From an uncultured cyanobacterium (GTDB lineage: Bacteria; Cyanobacteriota; Cyanobacteriia; Cyanobacteriales; Cyanobacteriaceae), in NCBI GenBank assembly GCA_963710605.1, contig CAVQBA010000004.1, forward strand, positions 800,001 to 864,000: 64,000 bases of DNA, read 5' to 3'. Below, in pieces: positions 33,742 to 47,636 of the stretch (the stretch's first letter is position 1; each line of letters opens with the position of its first letter). The notes under the pieces are model-generated. The model had not been told where the DNA came from. It did no database searches and saw nothing but the letters and a program-made list of their open reading frames with translations. The translations under genes were made by a program, and so were the position numbers.

Positions 33742-33929
33742 TGAACGATCGATTTTCTGATATTCCCGAACAAAAAGTAAGAACAAAAAGCGTGGCTAAA
33801 TGGCGAGAAGCTTGTCGTAAATTAGATTTAGTTACCTTAAAATTTGATGAATTAATTGCCATGATTGAAGTTGATTTACGTCATCAAAGTTTGGAGAGAC
33901 TTCAAAATAAAATTGAATTGAAGGATTAG
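33738..33929 (+). CDS. Hypothetical small helical protein (63 aa)
   Basis: GGAG RBS at 33731, ATG overlapping upstream TGA. Confidence 0.7.
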   Translation: MMNDRFSDIPEQKVRTKSVAKWREACRKLDLVTLKFDELIAMIEVDLRHQSLERLQNKIELKD

Positions 33930-34064
33930 CTCGATCGTCTTTTATTTTAAAGGGAAAAAATGGTAAGATTCAGAAAAAAAGAGTACGATCGCTCGGTGCG
34001 TAGCCAATTATGTTAGCTTCCCAATGATAAACTGATTAATTTATTCTCTGAGGTATCTCGCTCG

Positions 34065-34128
34065 CTGCTTGTTGAGCTAAATCGATCGCTTTTTTCATCC
34101 AATATTGATGACGTAACAACTTTTCCAT
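34065..34128 (-). pseudogene. Duplicated 5' end of tadA (64 bp direct repeat of 33161-33224)
   Basis: 62 of 64 bases identical; encodes MEKLLRHQYWMKKAIDLAQQA then diverges and stops. Confidence 0.92.
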
Positions 34129-34218
34129 ACATTATGCAAAATAAATACTAGAAACCAAGTTATTAATTTTAACGCTATTAAACGATCGTACTATTATTAA
34201 TTTTAACTATTATTATAT

Positions 34219-34497
34219 TTAGAAAATATCGGGAATATAAAATTCTCCTAGTGTAGGATATAATTCAACAAATAAAAGATCTGGATCCATAATAGTACCT
34301 TCTGGTATTCGTAATTTAAAACAAATGAGCCAACCTTCTATTCTTTTAGATAAACATTTTTTGGCTTTACCTTCTAAATATTTAACAAAGTCTAATTTTA
34401 ATGTATCGTCTATATTAGATTTTTTAAGAATCTTTCGAGAAACTATTACTACATCTTCTAAAGAATTAACCTTTCTAATTTCTTCGGCTAAAAGCAT
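34219..34497 (-). CDS. Hypothetical protein (92 aa)
   Basis: ORF only. Confidence 0.55.
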   Translation of the reverse strand: MLLAEEIRKVNSLEDVVIVSRKILKKSNIDDTLKLDFVKYLEGKAKKCLSKRIEGWLICFKLRIPEGTIMDPDLLFVELYPTLGEFYIPDIF

Positions 34498-34630
34498 TAT
34501 ATTCGTTCTTTAATGTCCTAAATTGTTTTGCTGATATTTTTTATTAGTAAGGATAACATACGATCGATATTATTAAGCATTAACCTTCTTTTATTATTTG
34601 ATTAATTGTTGTAAAGAGTAAATAAATATT

Positions 34631-35320
34631 TTAAGGAACAATTTCTACTAATATTCCTGTATCGAGAAAATCATAAATTTCATCTACATCATTATTTTTG
34701 AGAGAGATACATCCTAACGTCCAATTCGATTTTCTTTCAATTAAAGAATCACTTTCATTTGGCACTCCATGAATACCAATTTCACTACCAATAGGAAAAA
34801 CCCATTTAAGATTTCCGTTTGATTTAGCTTGAAAATGTTCTCGCCAAGATTCTGCCCTTGGGTAATCTAACCAGATAAATTTTGACCAACTCTCATGTGG
34901 ATATAAATCTCTGACATAGTAAATTCCTTCAGGAGTTTTTCTATCTCCTTCACGAAGTTTATCTCCTGTAGGATTACCACCAAAGACAACAGGATAAGAT
35001 TTTACGGCTTGAAGATTGTTAAAAATGGTCAGTTTATATTTAGATTTCTCAATCAAAATTGAAATATTTTTGACTTCATCTTCCTGATTTATTAAATTTT
35101 TTAGTGGTTGTTGATAGTTTAATAAATCATCGCTATTACCAGAAAGTGGATGTACCGCTTTTTCAGCTTGACAAAATAGACACAAGAATGCAGGTATTTG
35201 CTTAGGAGACATCAAAAAACCAAGTCTAAATAGCAAAAAATAAACACTGCCACTTGCTCCCAAAATCAATACTGTTAAGGTTAAAACGATCGATTTTTTA
35301 ACAGTAAATTTTAATCTCAT
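34631..35320 (-). CDS. L,D-transpeptidase (YkuD) family protein
   Basis: GDRKTPEG, IGIHG, WTLGCISL catalytic motif. Confidence 0.92.
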   Translation of the reverse strand: MRLKFTVKKSIVLTLTVLILGASGSVYFLLFRLGFLMSPKQIPAFLCLFCQAEKAVHPLSGNSDDLLNYQQPLKNLINQEDEVKNISILIEKSKYKLTIFNNLQAVKSYPVVFGGNPTGDKLREGDRKTPEGIYYVRDLYPHESWSKFIWLDYPRAESWREHFQAKSNGNLKWVFPIGSEIGIHGVPNESDSLIERKSNWTLGCISLKNNDVDEIYDFLDTGILVEIVP

Positions 35321-35434
35321 CTAGATTTTTAAATATAATTTAAATTCAAGGTTATATTTATAATATATTACCAAAGCTAACCAATGAGCTTTATTTCAAT
35401 GAACTACTAAATAGATTTTTAAAATATAATTATA

Positions 35435-35794
35435 TTATTTTTCAATCCGCTTTAATTGAGATATATGTTCGATAATTTTATCATCTGTAATTTCTCCATC
35501 AATATAAGGAGACGAAAGTTGTTGCAATACATACCACATTGATTCATAATTATCGCATTTTTTATCGTCTTCCCAGTCAGGAGAAATATAAATATCGTTA
35601 AAAAGAAGAAAAGAAGACCATTTTGATAATTCTTGAGTAGTGACTTTTTCTTCTAAACATTTTTGAAGCATAGTAATAACGTGTTGAGGACGAACAATAA
35701 TTTCTTCTTTATAAATAATCATTATCACATCTGTTTTTTTTACTTCAGAAATCGAGATAAAACCATTTAAAATTTGTTCGTAAAAATTATTCAT
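35435..35794 (-). CDS. Hypothetical acidic protein (119 aa)
   Basis: ORF only. Confidence 0.65.
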   Translation of the reverse strand: MNNFYEQILNGFISISEVKKTDVIMIIYKEEIIVRPQHVITMLQKCLEEKVTTQELSKWSSFLLFNDIYISPDWEDDKKCDNYESMWYVLQQLSSPYIDGEITDDKIIEHISQLKRIEK

Positions 35795-35854
35795 TTATCA
35801 GATGAATGAGGTTTAGGTAGAATTTAAACTTAATGAAAAAGTATAATTTTACCC

Positions 35855-35880
35855 GTAGGGGTTGAACATTGTTCAACCCT
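35855..35880. repeat. GTAG-type palindrome downstream of uvrB
   Basis: GTAGGGGTTGAACATTGTTCAACCCT. Confidence 0.6.
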
Positions 35881-35927
35881 CTAATTCAATTCAATAAACC
35901 TTTTAACCAAAATAATATTATTCGTAA

Positions 35928-37919
35928 TTAATTAGCAAGTAATTTAGAACGTAATTGTTTAATTTTATCTCGATATTCTGCCGCTTCTTCATATTCTAAA
36001 TTTTTAGCTGATTCTTGCATTCTTGCTTCAAATTGTTTAATTAAACCCGGTAATTTATCAAGAGTAATATTATCAATTTGTTCGACTACTTGTTCTAATT
36101 CTTGTTGATTTAATCTTCGAGAAATATCTAAGAATTCTAAAATTTTATTAGTTGATTTTTTATTAATAGAAGTTGGAGTAATATTATTTTTAATATTATA
36201 TTCTGATTGTATTTGCCGACGACGATTAGTTTCCTCGATCGCTTTTTCCATACTATTAGTAAAATTATCAGCATACAAAATCGCCCTTCCATCTACATGA
36301 CGTGCCGCTCTACCTATAGTTTGAATTAACGATCGCTCAGAACGTAAAAAGCCTTCTTTATCAGCATCAAGGATAACTACCAAAGAAACTTCAGGTAAAT
36401 CTAAACCCTCTCTGAGTAAATTCACCCCAACTAAAACATCAAATTCACCCGCTTGTAAACTTTGTAAAATTTCAATTCTTTCTATTGATTGAATCTCTGA
36501 ATGTAGATATTGAACTTTAATTTCTCTTTCTTGTAAATAGTTAGTTAAATCCTCCGACATTTTTTTAGTTAAAGTAGTAATCAAAACCCTTTCATTTCGT
36601 TTTACTCTAGTTTTAATTTCCCCTAACAAGTCATCAACTTGCCCGTGAGTTGGACGAACATCTATTTCTGGGTCTAAAATACCAGTAGGACGAATAATCT
36701 GTTCATAAACATGACCATCTGATTGCTCTATCTCCCAATTGCTCGGAGTTGCGGAAACAAAAATACATTGATTTACCTTCTGCCAAAATTCATCAGCTTT
36801 TAACGGGCGATTATCAGCCGCACTAGGTAAACGAAAACCATAATCAATCAAAACTTTTTTACGAGCTTGATCACCATTGTACATACCTCTAATCTGCGGT
36901 ACAGTAACATGAGACTCATCTACTACCAATAACCAATCATCAGGAAAATAATCAACTAAACACTCAGGTGGTTGTCCTTTTTTCTTACCCGTCAGATGGC
37001 GAGAATAGTTTTCTACCCCGTTACAATAACCAACTTCAACTAACATTTCTAAATCGTAACGAGTTTTTTGTTTTAGTCTTTGTGCCTCCACTAATTGACC
37101 TTCTTTTTCCAAAAAAGCCAATCTTTGCTCCAATTCGTCTTTAATATTAACTAAAGCAGTTTGTAATCTATCTTCAGGTGTGACAAAGTGTTTAGCAGGA
37201 TAAATGTTAATATACTTTAATTCCTCAATTAATTCGCCTGTAACGGGGTCTAAAAGAGAAATAGACTCGATTTCATCTCCAAAAAATTGGACTCTCACAA
37301 CCCTATCTTCGTAGGCTGGGACGATTTCTAAAACATCTCCTTTAAGCCGAAATGTACCACGAGATAAGGCAACATCGTTGCGAGAATATTGTACATTAAC
37401 TAAGTCACGAATCAACTCACGAGGATCGTACTCTTGTTCTATTTCTAGAGGGATTGATGCTTTAAGGTATTCAATCGGCATCCCTAAGCCATAGATACAA
37501 CTGATAGATGCGACTACGATAACATCATCTCTTTCAAATAACGATCGAGTTGCCGAGTGACGTAACATATCAATTTCGTCGTTAATCGAAGATGTTTTTT
37601 CGATATAAGTATCGGTAACGGGTATATATGCTTCGGGTTGATAATAATCGTAATAACTGACAAAATATTCGACTGCATTATCAGGGAAGAATTGTCTTAA
37701 TTCATTACATAATTGAGCGGCTAAAGTTTTGTTGTGGGCTAAAACAAGAGTTGGTTTTTTGTGTTGAGCAATGGTACAAGCGATCGTATATGTTTTACCT
37801 GTACCTGTAGCACCAAGTAGAGTTTGATAAGGATTATCCTGTTGTAATGATTTTACTATTGAATCGATCGCAGAGGGTTGATCTCCTGTCGGGGAAAATG
37901 GTGCTTGTAGATTAAACAT
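35928..37919 (-). CDS. uvrB: Excinuclease ABC subunit B (start ATG 37919)
   Basis: [28 protein letters not shown]-terminal UVR domain. Confidence 0.98.
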   Translation of the reverse strand: MFNLQAPFSPTGDQPSAIDSIVKSLQQDNPYQTLLGATGTGKTYTIACTIAQHKKPTLVLAHNKTLAAQLCNELRQFFPDNAVEYFVSYYDYYQPEAYIPVTDTYIEKTSSINDEIDMLRHSATRSLFERDDVIVVASISCIYGLGMPIEYLKASIPLEIEQEYDPRELIRDLVNVQYSRNDVALSRGTFRLKGDVLEIVPAYEDRVVRVQFFGDEIESISLLDPVTGELIEELKYINIYPAKHFVTPEDRLQTALVNIKDELEQRLAFLEKEGQLVEAQRLKQKTRYDLEMLVEVGYCNGVENYSRHLTGKKKGQPPECLVDYFPDDWLLVVDESHVTVPQIRGMYNGDQARKKVLIDYGFRLPSAADNRPLKADEFWQKVNQCIFVSATPSNWEIEQSDGHVYEQIIRPTGILDPEIDVRPTHGQVDDLLGEIKTRVKRNERVLITTLTKKMSEDLTNYLQEREIKVQYLHSEIQSIERIEILQSLQAGEFDVLVGVNLLREGLDLPEVSLVVILDADKEGFLRSERSLIQTIGRAARHVDGRAILYADNFTNSMEKAIEETNRRRQIQSEYNIKNNITPTSINKKSTNKILEFLDISRRLNQQELEQVVEQIDNITLDKLPGLIKQFEARMQESAKNLEYEEAAEYRDKIKQLRSKLLAN

Positions 37920-38158
37920 AAAATAGGTAATAATTGACAATTGATAATTATTTATAAACCCCAAACTCACTTAAAATACGATCGTTGAGTACGTTTATAT
38001 TCTTACTCCTACTATTTTATCAAGGGTGACATATAGTTGGTATGGTTATATTTAGTGAATCTAAGTTCTATCGATTGCTACTCATCATATAATTAAATTC
38101 GTTTTTCCTGTAGATGATAGAATTTAAAAGAATTATCAGCCCAAATACAAAATAAAAT

Positions 38159-39158
38159 ATGCGTGTAGTTTTTTTCGGTACACCCGAATTTGCTGTCAAT
38201 ACATTAGAAAAATTAATTAGTCATAATCATCACGAAGTTATCGCCGTTGTCACTCAACCCGATAAAATTAGAGGTAGAGGTAGAAAAGTAAGCCCCTCAG
38301 CAGTTAAAGCATTTGCCTTAAAACATAATTTACCTGTATGGCAACCGAATCGAATTAAAAAAGATACGACCACATTAGATTTATTGGTACAAACTGAAGC
38401 AGACGTTTTTGTAGTTGTTGCTTATGGGCAAATTTTATCTCGCCAAATATTAGCAATACCCAAACATGGTTGTATTAATGTTCATGGTTCTATATTACCC
38501 GAATATCGAGGTGCTGCTCCAATTCAATGGAGTATTTATGATGGCAAAGAGGAAACTGGCATCACGACGATGTTAATGGATGAAGGGATGGATACAGGAG
38601 ATATGTTATTGAAAGATTATACCTCGATTCAATCTATTTAGTAACACGGAAACCTTATCAGAAAAACTAGCAACACAAGGGGCAGATTTATTAATCGAAA
38701 CATTAGACAAGTTAGCATCTGAAGAATTACAACCAATTGCTCAAGATGATGATTTAGCTACTTATGCTCGTATGATTAATAAAGATGATTGGTTAATTGA
38801 TTGGCAACAATCAGCTATGCAAATTCATAACCAAATTAGAGCATTTTATCCTAATGTTATTACCAGTTTTCGGGAGCAAAAATTGAAAATAACTAAAACG
38901 TTACCTTTATCAGTTATAAAATCAATCTCTTTACCTGCTGGTTTCCAAAAGCTACCTAATTATCTTAATGACATAGAAGATATATCAGGAGAAGTAGGAG
39001 AAATAGTTAAAACGATTAAAAATTTTGGTTTTGTTATTCAAACAGGAGAAGGTTTGTTATTAATTTTAGAAGTACAATTAGCAGGTAAAAAATTACAATC
39101 AGCTTGGAATTTTATCAACGGTAGTCGTTTGAGTTTAGGTGAAAAACTTGGTGAATAA
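38159..39158 (+). CDS. fmt: Methionyl-tRNA formyltransferase, split by a +1 frameshift near 38630
   Basis: [33 protein letters not shown]; one-base removal continues [22 protein letters not shown] giving 332 aa. Confidence 0.93.
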
Positions 39159-39587
39159 TTAATAATTAAGAATTAATAATTATAGAGATTATTTTATAAT
39201 TGAGCTTAAGATTATTATCAGACAAAAAACAAAATCGTTAAGAAAATACCTCTCTTTCTCTATCCTTTAAATACTCTAACTTATTCATTAGATAAAACTC
39301 TCTGCGTCCTCTGCGTACTCTGCGGTTTATTTTACTCTATTCATAAATATTTTAACCAACTAATTGATTACTGTAGTTGTTTAAATGAAGTTTGAAACAG
39401 TATAAATAATCAACCCGCCTTGCAATAAATTGACAAGGCTAATAAAATTCGTTTAATAAATTAAACTCCAATTTACCAGCACTAAGTTGTTTCATTTTTA
39501 TTCAAAATAACTATACTTCGTATTGTAAAAAACGAGTAGGTTAGGACATCAAGTATTACTTGCATACTTATATTTTAATAATTATAC

Positions 39588-39621
39588 CTTTGCCCTTTGA
39601 CCTTTGCCCCTTGACCTTTGC
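39588..39621. repeat. Heptamer tandem repeat CCTTTGM
   Basis: Direct reading. Confidence 0.75.
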
Positions 39622-39625
39622 TATA

Positions 39626-40279
39626 TCAATTAGCAAAATCAAACCATTGTTGTAAATCTTGCCACCCTAAACCCTCACGTACAATAGCAGGTTGAGTAGT
39701 CGAAAAATCAATAATTGTCGAAACCTCATAACCTGGTTGAGTACCATCATCAATTATAATATCCACTTTTTTGTCAAAAAAATCGAATAGTTTTGCTTTT
39801 TCCCAATCGTGAGAAGGGAATTCGCCATCTTCATCCATAATGTGGGCTGAAGTGGAGACGATCGGATTATTAAGAGAATTTAATAATGCTTGACAAATAT
39901 TCTTTTCTGGTACACGAATCCCTGTTGTTTTCCGTTTAGGAGACATAACTAACTTCGGTACTAGCTTTGTCGTTGGTAATAAGAAAGTATAAGGACCGGG
40001 AATTACTCTTTTCATGATATAGTATGCTTCATCGTGAACGATCGCATATTCAGAAATATCGGATAAGGAAGAACAAAGAAAAGTAAGAGGTTTGTTGTTC
40101 GACAAATTTTTTATTTCTCTAACTTTTTGTACGGCAGATTTGGCATTAATATCGCAACCGATCGCATATACTGTATCTGTAGGGTAAAGCATCACCGCAC
40201 CCTTTTTTAACGCTTTCGTAATTTCGCTGATACTCCTAGATTGAGGATTAGTAGCATTAAGCTCATATAAAGTTGCCAT
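39626..40279 (-). CDS. Sua5/YciO/YrdC family protein (YciO-like threonylcarbamoyl-AMP synthase)
   Basis: YPTDTVYAIGC, PGPYTFLL, GIRVP, STSA. Confidence 0.9.
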   Translation of the reverse strand: MATLYELNATNPQSRSISEITKALKKGAVMLYPTDTVYAIGCDINAKSAVQKVREIKNLSNNKPLTFLCSSLSDISEYAIVHDEAYYIMKRVIPGPYTFLLPTTKLVPKLVMSPKRKTTGIRVPEKNICQALLNSLNNPIVSTSAHIMDEDGEFPSHDWEKAKLFDFFDKKVDIIIDDGTQPGYEVSTIIDFSTTQPAIVREGLGWQDLQQWFDFAN

Positions 40280-40331
40280 AATTATATTAATTGATAATTG
40301 CTAATCGTTATTTGTATTAATTGTAACTAAA

Positions 40332-41579
40332 ATGTCAAAAATAGCTTATTTACAATGCCCGACAGGAATCGCTGGAGATATGTTTCTGGGGGCTTTGGTT
40401 AGTGCTGGTGTACCGTTAGATTTCCTCATTGAAAATTTAAGCCAACTTAATTTAACTGATGAGTATCAATTACGAGAAGAAAAAGTTGTTAAAAATGGTC
40501 AAAGTGCTACCAAAGTTCATGTTGATTTAACTCATCATTCTCATCATCACCATAGTAACGAACATTCTCACCAACATTCTCATCATCATAATCGTCATCT
40601 ACCTGAAATTAAACAATTAATTGAGCAAACTAATTTACCGTTGAAAGTGAAAGAGAATAGTATTGCTATTTTTGAAAAATTAGCGATCGCAGAAGCTTCT
40701 GTTCATGGTACAACTAAAGATCAAGTTCATTTTCATGAAGTTGGGGCAACCGATGCCTTAGTTGATATTGTCGGTACTTGTATTGGTTTAGATTATTTAC
40801 AAGTTGAAAAGTTATATTGCTCGCCCTTACCTACAGGAGGAGGCACAGTCAAAGCAGAACATGGTGTTTTACCTGTACCTGTACCTGCGGTGTTAGAATT
40901 ATGGCAAAGTCGTAATGTACCTGTTTATAGTAATGGTATCGAGAAAGAATTAGTTACGCCTACAGGGGCGGCAATTGTGACGACATTAGCAACAGATTTT
41001 GGGCAACCACCATCAATGTCTTTAAACAAAATTGGTTTGGGTGCGGGTAATCGGAATTTAATTCAACCCAATATTCTTCGTTTATGGTTAGGAGAAGCAC
41101 AAACAGATACAGCTTTAGAAGAAGTTGTGGTATTAGAAACTCAAATTGATGATTGTAATCCTCAGATATATGGTTATCTTTTAGAAGAGTTACTCAAAAT
41201 TGGTGCAAGAGACGTTTTTACTCAACCCGTCGCCATGAAGAAAAATCGCCCTGGTGTCTTACTTACGGTTATTTGCGATTTGAATAATGTCGAGCAATGT
41301 GAAGCTATTATTTTCACTGAAACTACTACTATTGGTATTCGTCGGCAAATACAATCTCGATCGATTCTCAACAGAAAAATTAAGACAATTTCTACCCCAT
41401 ATGGTGATGTCAGAGTAAAGATAGCATCAAAAGCAGGCACTGTAATTAATATTCAACCAGAATATGATGATTGCGTTATTCTCGCTCGTCAATCTAACCT
41501 CCCTTTTAGCACAATTTTTACATCTGCTCAACAAATTGCCCAACAACAAATAATAGTTAACAATGACGTTGTTAGATGA
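40332..41579 (+). CDS. larC: Nickel pincer cofactor biosynthesis protein LarC
   Basis: GIAGDM, His-rich insert, HFHEVGA.D, ELVTPTGAA, MKKNRPG, PEYDD. Confidence 0.93.
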   Translation: MSKIAYLQCPTGIAGDMFLGALVSAGVPLDFLIENLSQLNLTDEYQLREEKVVKNGQSATKVHVDLTHHSHHHHSNEHSHQHSHHHNRHLPEIKQLIEQTNLPLKVKENSIAIFEKLAIAEASVHGTTKDQVHFHEVGATDALVDIVGTCIGLDYLQVEKLYCSPLPTGGGTVKAEHGVLPVPVPAVLELWQSRNVPVYSNGIEKELVTPTGAAIVTTLATDFGQPPSMSLNKIGLGAGNRNLIQPNILRLWLGEAQTDTALEEVVVLETQIDDCNPQIYGYLLEELLKIGARDVFTQPVAMKKNRPGVLLTVICDLNNVEQCEAIIFTETTTIGIRRQIQSRSILNRKIKTISTPYGDVRVKIASKAGTVINIQPEYDDCVILARQSNLPFSTIFTSAQQIAQQQIIVNNDVVR

Positions 41580-41843
41580 ATTGATAGTTAATACTGTTTA
41601 ATAATCAAATAAAATAAATTACATCCTTGATGATAATATCGATCGAGTTTTCATGATTACGATAAGAAATAAGTAAGTACTAAATATTGTAATAATAAGT
41701 AGTAGTCTTGTTTGTAGTTATGAGTTAATTTTGAGCAATATATCGGTACAATCAACAAATTGAATCCGTAGTTAAGTTAAACCTAATTACTAATTAATTT
41801 ACTGAGGTTTATGATTAAATTACAACTCTCTCAAACCAAACCT

Positions 41844-42401
41844 ATGATTACTACAACTAATACTAACTTAACACTAGAAGAATTTTTACAACAAAGCGAA
41901 ACTAAACCAGCATCAGAATTTATTAACGGAAAAATTAAACAAAAACCAATACCACAAGGAGAACATAGTTGTATTCAAATTGAACTTTGTACCGCTATTA
42001 ATCAATTAACACAGTCTCAAAAGATAGCTTATGCTTTACCTGAATTGCGTTGTACTTTTGGTAATCGATCGATTGTACCTGATGTGGTTGTTTTTCAGTG
42101 GGAAAGAATACCCCGTACAGAAAAAGGAAGAATAGCCAATCGCTTTAATACTTATCCTGATTGGAGTATTGAAATTTTATCTCCTCGTCAAAGTTCGATC
42201 GCAGTATTAGATAATTTATTATTTTGTTCTGAATATGGTACTCAATTAGGATGGTTAATTAATCCTGAAGAAGAGGTTATCGTTATTGTTTTTTCTGAGC
42301 AAAAAGTCAAGGTGTTTAAAGCAGAAGATACTTTGCCTGTATTAGAAAATGTTGAACTTAAACTAACTGTTAATGATGTTTTTTATTGGCTTAATTTTTA
42401 A
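41844..42401 (+). CDS. Uma2 family endonuclease
   Basis: LEEFL..ETKPASE, PELRCTF, PDWSIEILSP, GWLINP. Confidence 0.93.
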   Translation: MITTTNTNLTLEEFLQQSETKPASEFINGKIKQKPIPQGEHSCIQIELCTAINQLTQSQKIAYALPELRCTFGNRSIVPDVVVFQWERIPRTEKGRIANRFNTYPDWSIEILSPRQSSIAVLDNLLFCSEYGTQLGWLINPEEEVIVIVFSEQKVKVFKAEDTLPVLENVELKLTVNDVFYWLNF

Positions 42402-42622
42402 ATAGTATTATCCTCAATTTTTTGATTAATATTATGAGATAAAACTAGTTTATTTTTTACTATTTCCTAATATATAATTTTGGATAAATTCAATTTTAAT
42501 CATAATTCGCCTTTGTCGTTTAGGTAATTATTTCTTAACTACTTACTTCGGCAACCAAATGATTTTAATTACTTTATCTAATCGTTACTAAAAAGAAATC
42601 TTTGATTTTTAATAGTCAAAAT

Positions 42623-45163
42623 TTAGTTAATTTGGTCTCCCCACCAGTTTAAAACGATCGATACTTTTTCTTCTTCATTTAACTTGACAATTTGTTTTTC
42701 GTGTGTCGCTAATTTATTCATATTCACAATATGACGTTTGTTACTATCAGCTTCAATGATTAATTTTTTGGTGTTATCAACAACCAAGATTTGCTTTAAC
42801 TTGTCTTGTTTTTCTTTAAATCTAAAAGCTTGATTACCAATTTCGCCAAAACTAATTTTACGAATAGTATTGATAGGTAGCAACTTAGCATAACCCAACT
42901 CTGAGATTAGAAGTAAGACAGTATCGTTGCTGACTGTTTGACAACCAATCAGTTTTTCGTTGTATCTTAATTTAACACCGATATTTCCTTGGGCAGATTT
43001 ACCCATCGTTGTGATTCTGTCTTCGGTTACTTCATATCGTAATATTCTACCGCCATCAGTAGCGATCGCTATTTCTTCTTTTTCATTAATCGGCGTAACA
43101 TAACACAAGCTATCTTTGGGTTTAAGTTTGATTAATTGAAAACCACGATTACCTAAACCATCTAATTCGGTTGTGGCAATCCGTTTTAAATAACCTCCTT
43201 GAGTTAGTAAAATTAAACCAGAAGGTGAATTTGCTTTTTCTAAACTTAAATAATTAATGGCGATAGAAGAGTTTTGAGTCGCACTATTAGAGACTAAATA
43301 ATCGATATTTTCTTTAATTGGATAAGCAGGAATTTTATCAATAGCTAAAGGATACGCCTTACCATTACTGAAAAAGACGGTTATTTGTTTTTCAGAGGCT
43401 TCAATTTTTTCTTGATAAGTAACCAAATCAGTATTAGATTTAATCACGGGCTTATCAGAAATACTATCTTTTGCACGCCAAAAAACTTTATCTTCTTGGG
43501 TAACTTGAACGAGCGCATTTTCTGGTCTTTGTTCGGGTACAATTAATGGTAACTGACCATTACTACTGTTACTCTTGGTTGTAGCTACTTTCTGCGTACT
43601 AGTTTTTTTGCTAGTTGTTTGACTATTTGCTTTACTCTTTTTTTCCGAAGTAGTTTTACTAATATCGATAATTTTAGTCCGACGACAATCGCCAAATCGC
43701 CTTTTAAAGCTACGTAATTCCTTTTTTAAGGCTTTTAACAACTCATTTCGATCGTTTAATAGGTTATCTAATTGGGAGATTCTGGTAGCTAATTCTTCAG
43801 CTTCGGTAACTAATTTTTGTTTTTCTAATCCTGTAATTCTTCTTAAAGGCATCCCTAAAATTGAATTAGCTTGTACTTCTGATATTTTCAACTGATTTTG
43901 TAATGACTCTTTAGCAGTCGTGCCATCAGGGGAGTTTGCTAAGATATTGATTACTTTTTTTATTTTTTCTAAAGCAACTAATAACCCTTCCACTAAATGT
44001 AAACGCTCTTGTTTTTCATTCAATTCGTAGCGATATTGTCGGCTTAAGGTTTCTTCTCTAAATTGCAAAAACTCTTGTAATATATCTTTGAGTGGTAACT
44101 GACAAGGATTGTTGTCAACTAAACTCAACATGATGATGCCAAAATTGCTTTGTAAAGCAGTTTGTTTGTAAAGCTGATTTAAGACAACTCTAGGTTGAGC
44201 GCTTTGTTTTAATTCAATTACAACTCTAATGCCATCTCGATCGCTTTCATCACGAATATCAGCTATATCTGTAATTTTACCAAGATTTACTAAATTAGCT
44301 ACTTTTTCAATCCAACCTGCTTTATTAACTTGAAACGGTAACTCATTAACGATAATGGCTGTTTTTTCTCGACTACGTTTTTTGCTTAAACGAACTTTTT
44401 CGATCGTCGCCACACCCCTAATTTTAACAATTCCTTTCCCCGTTAAATAAGCATCACGAATACCCTGTAACTCAATTATCTCACCACCAGTCGGAAAATC
44501 CGGGCCTGGAATTAATTTGATTAGTTTTTCGGTAGTCAAATCAGGTTTATCAATCAAAGCCACCAAACCATCAACCATTTCACCTAGATTGTGAGGTGGT
44601 ATATTAGTTGCCATACCCACAGCAATACCTGAACAACCATTTATTAAGAGTATTGGTAGCTTCGCAGGTAAGACAACAGGTTCTTGTTGCGAATTATCAA
44701 AATTACTAGTAAAGTCAACAGTAGATTCATTAACCTCATCAAGCATAGTTTCAAAAGAAACCTGAGCTAAACGAGTCTCTGTATAACGCATAGCCGCAGG
44801 AGGATCGTTATCTACACTACCAAAATTACCATGTCCAGACAGTAGTGGGTAACGGCTAGAAAACTCTTGAACAAGCCTCACCATCGCATCATAGACAGCT
44901 TGATCTCCATGAGGATGATATTTACCTAACACATCGCCAACAACTCTAGCACATTTACGAAAAGGACGATCGGGGCTTAAACCCAACTCGTACATAGCGT
45001 ATAGTATTCGTCGGTGAACCGGTTTTAACCCATCTCTAACATCAGGTAACGCCCTACCAACAATTACACTCATAGCATATTCTAGGTACGATCGTTCCAT
45101 CTCTGTATGTAATGCAGTGGGAATGATTTGACCTTGGTTCATTAAATTCAATTGTTTTGCCAT
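42623..45163 (-). CDS. Type II topoisomerase A subunit (GyrA paralog, ParC-like)
   Basis: [30 protein letters not shown]; no canonical GyrA-box QRRGGKG seen. Confidence 0.88.
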   Translation of the reverse strand: MAKQLNLMNQGQIIPTALHTEMERSYLEYAMSVIVGRALPDVRDGLKPVHRRILYAMYELGLSPDRPFRKCARVVGDVLGKYHPHGDQAVYDAMVRLVQEFSSRYPLLSGHGNFGSVDNDPPAAMRYTETRLAQVSFETMLDEVNESTVDFTSNFDNSQQEPVVLPAKLPILLINGCSGIAVGMATNIPPHNLGEMVDGLVALIDKPDLTTEKLIKLIPGPDFPTGGEIIELQGIRDAYLTGKGIVKIRGVATIEKVRLSKKRSREKTAIIVNELPFQVNKAGWIEKVANLVNLGKITDIADIRDESDRDGIRVVIELKQSAQPRVVLNQLYKQTALQSNFGIIMLSLVDNNPCQLPLKDILQEFLQFREETLSRQYRYELNEKQERLHLVEGLLVALEKIKKVINILANSPDGTTAKESLQNQLKISEVQANSILGMPLRRITGLEKQKLVTEAEELATRISQLDNLLNDRNELLKALKKELRSFKRRFGDCRRTKIIDISKTTSEKKSKANSQTTSKKTSTQKVATTKSNSSNGQLPLIVPEQRPENALVQVTQEDKVFWRAKDSISDKPVIKSNTDLVTYQEKIEASEKQITVFFSNGKAYPLAIDKIPAYPIKENIDYLVSNSATQNSSIAINYLSLEKANSPSGLILLTQGGYLKRIATTELDGLGNRGFQLIKLKPKDSLCYVTPINEKEEIAIATDGGRILRYEVTEDRITTMGKSAQGNIGVKLRYNEKLIGCQTVSNDTVLLLISELGYAKLLPINTIRKISFGEIGNQAFRFKEKQDKLKQILVVDNTKKLIIEADSNKRHIVNMNKLATHEKQIVKLNEEEKVSIVLNWWGDQIN

Positions 45164-45293
45164 GAGTATTATTACTGAGAAATTTTTTTGAATGCGGTAA
45201 ACAAAGCTCTATTTTAGAGATTAGCAAATAAACTAGTTTTTATGAACTATTTTTTTATTAAGTTTTTTTACAAACAAAGTAAAAGAAGAAGTA

Positions 45294-47055
<1,762 letters not shown>

Positions 47056-47543
47056 TTAATCAATAGTTAATACTTTCGTGATAGGTGATAGTTGTCATAA
47101 ATAATCATCATATAGAGTAACGACTTGATGATGACATATGGTCGAACCAAAAAATAACCATTTAATTCTCATCATGGTTAACTCTTCAATTCAATAGTTA
47201 TTTGTTTTTATTTTTGCAATTGTGTCTTTAATATTGTCGATTGTCGATCGTCAATTGTCAATTGTCAATTGTTCGCTGACATTTTAATTTTCATTTGTCG
47301 ATCGTCAACTGTCAATAGGTATTATTAGTTTCTTACTCAAAAGTTATATCTTAAACCTTGATTATTGTAAGCTTTCTAAGTTCTATATTTTAAAGCTTAA
47401 TCATCTTTATCCTTAGCTATCGGTGTCAATTACCGACATTTATACTTTTTTTTGTTTCCTCCGCAGAGTTTGACTACAATCATCTCGAAGATTTTCTTCG
47501 ATTTTCAATGTGGTTTTCCGTACCATATTCACTCTAAAGAAAA

Positions 47544-47557
47544 GTAACAAAAGATAC
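47544..47557. promoter_or_regulatory. NtcA binding site upstream of pirA
   Basis: GTAACAAAAGATAC matches GTA-N8-TAC. Confidence 0.8.
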
Positions 47558-47636
47558 CAAAAATAGAAAAAAAAGTTATCATAGAATAACAAGCAATCCA
47601 TAAAATAACATTATTAAAACAACAGGTAACTCAATT

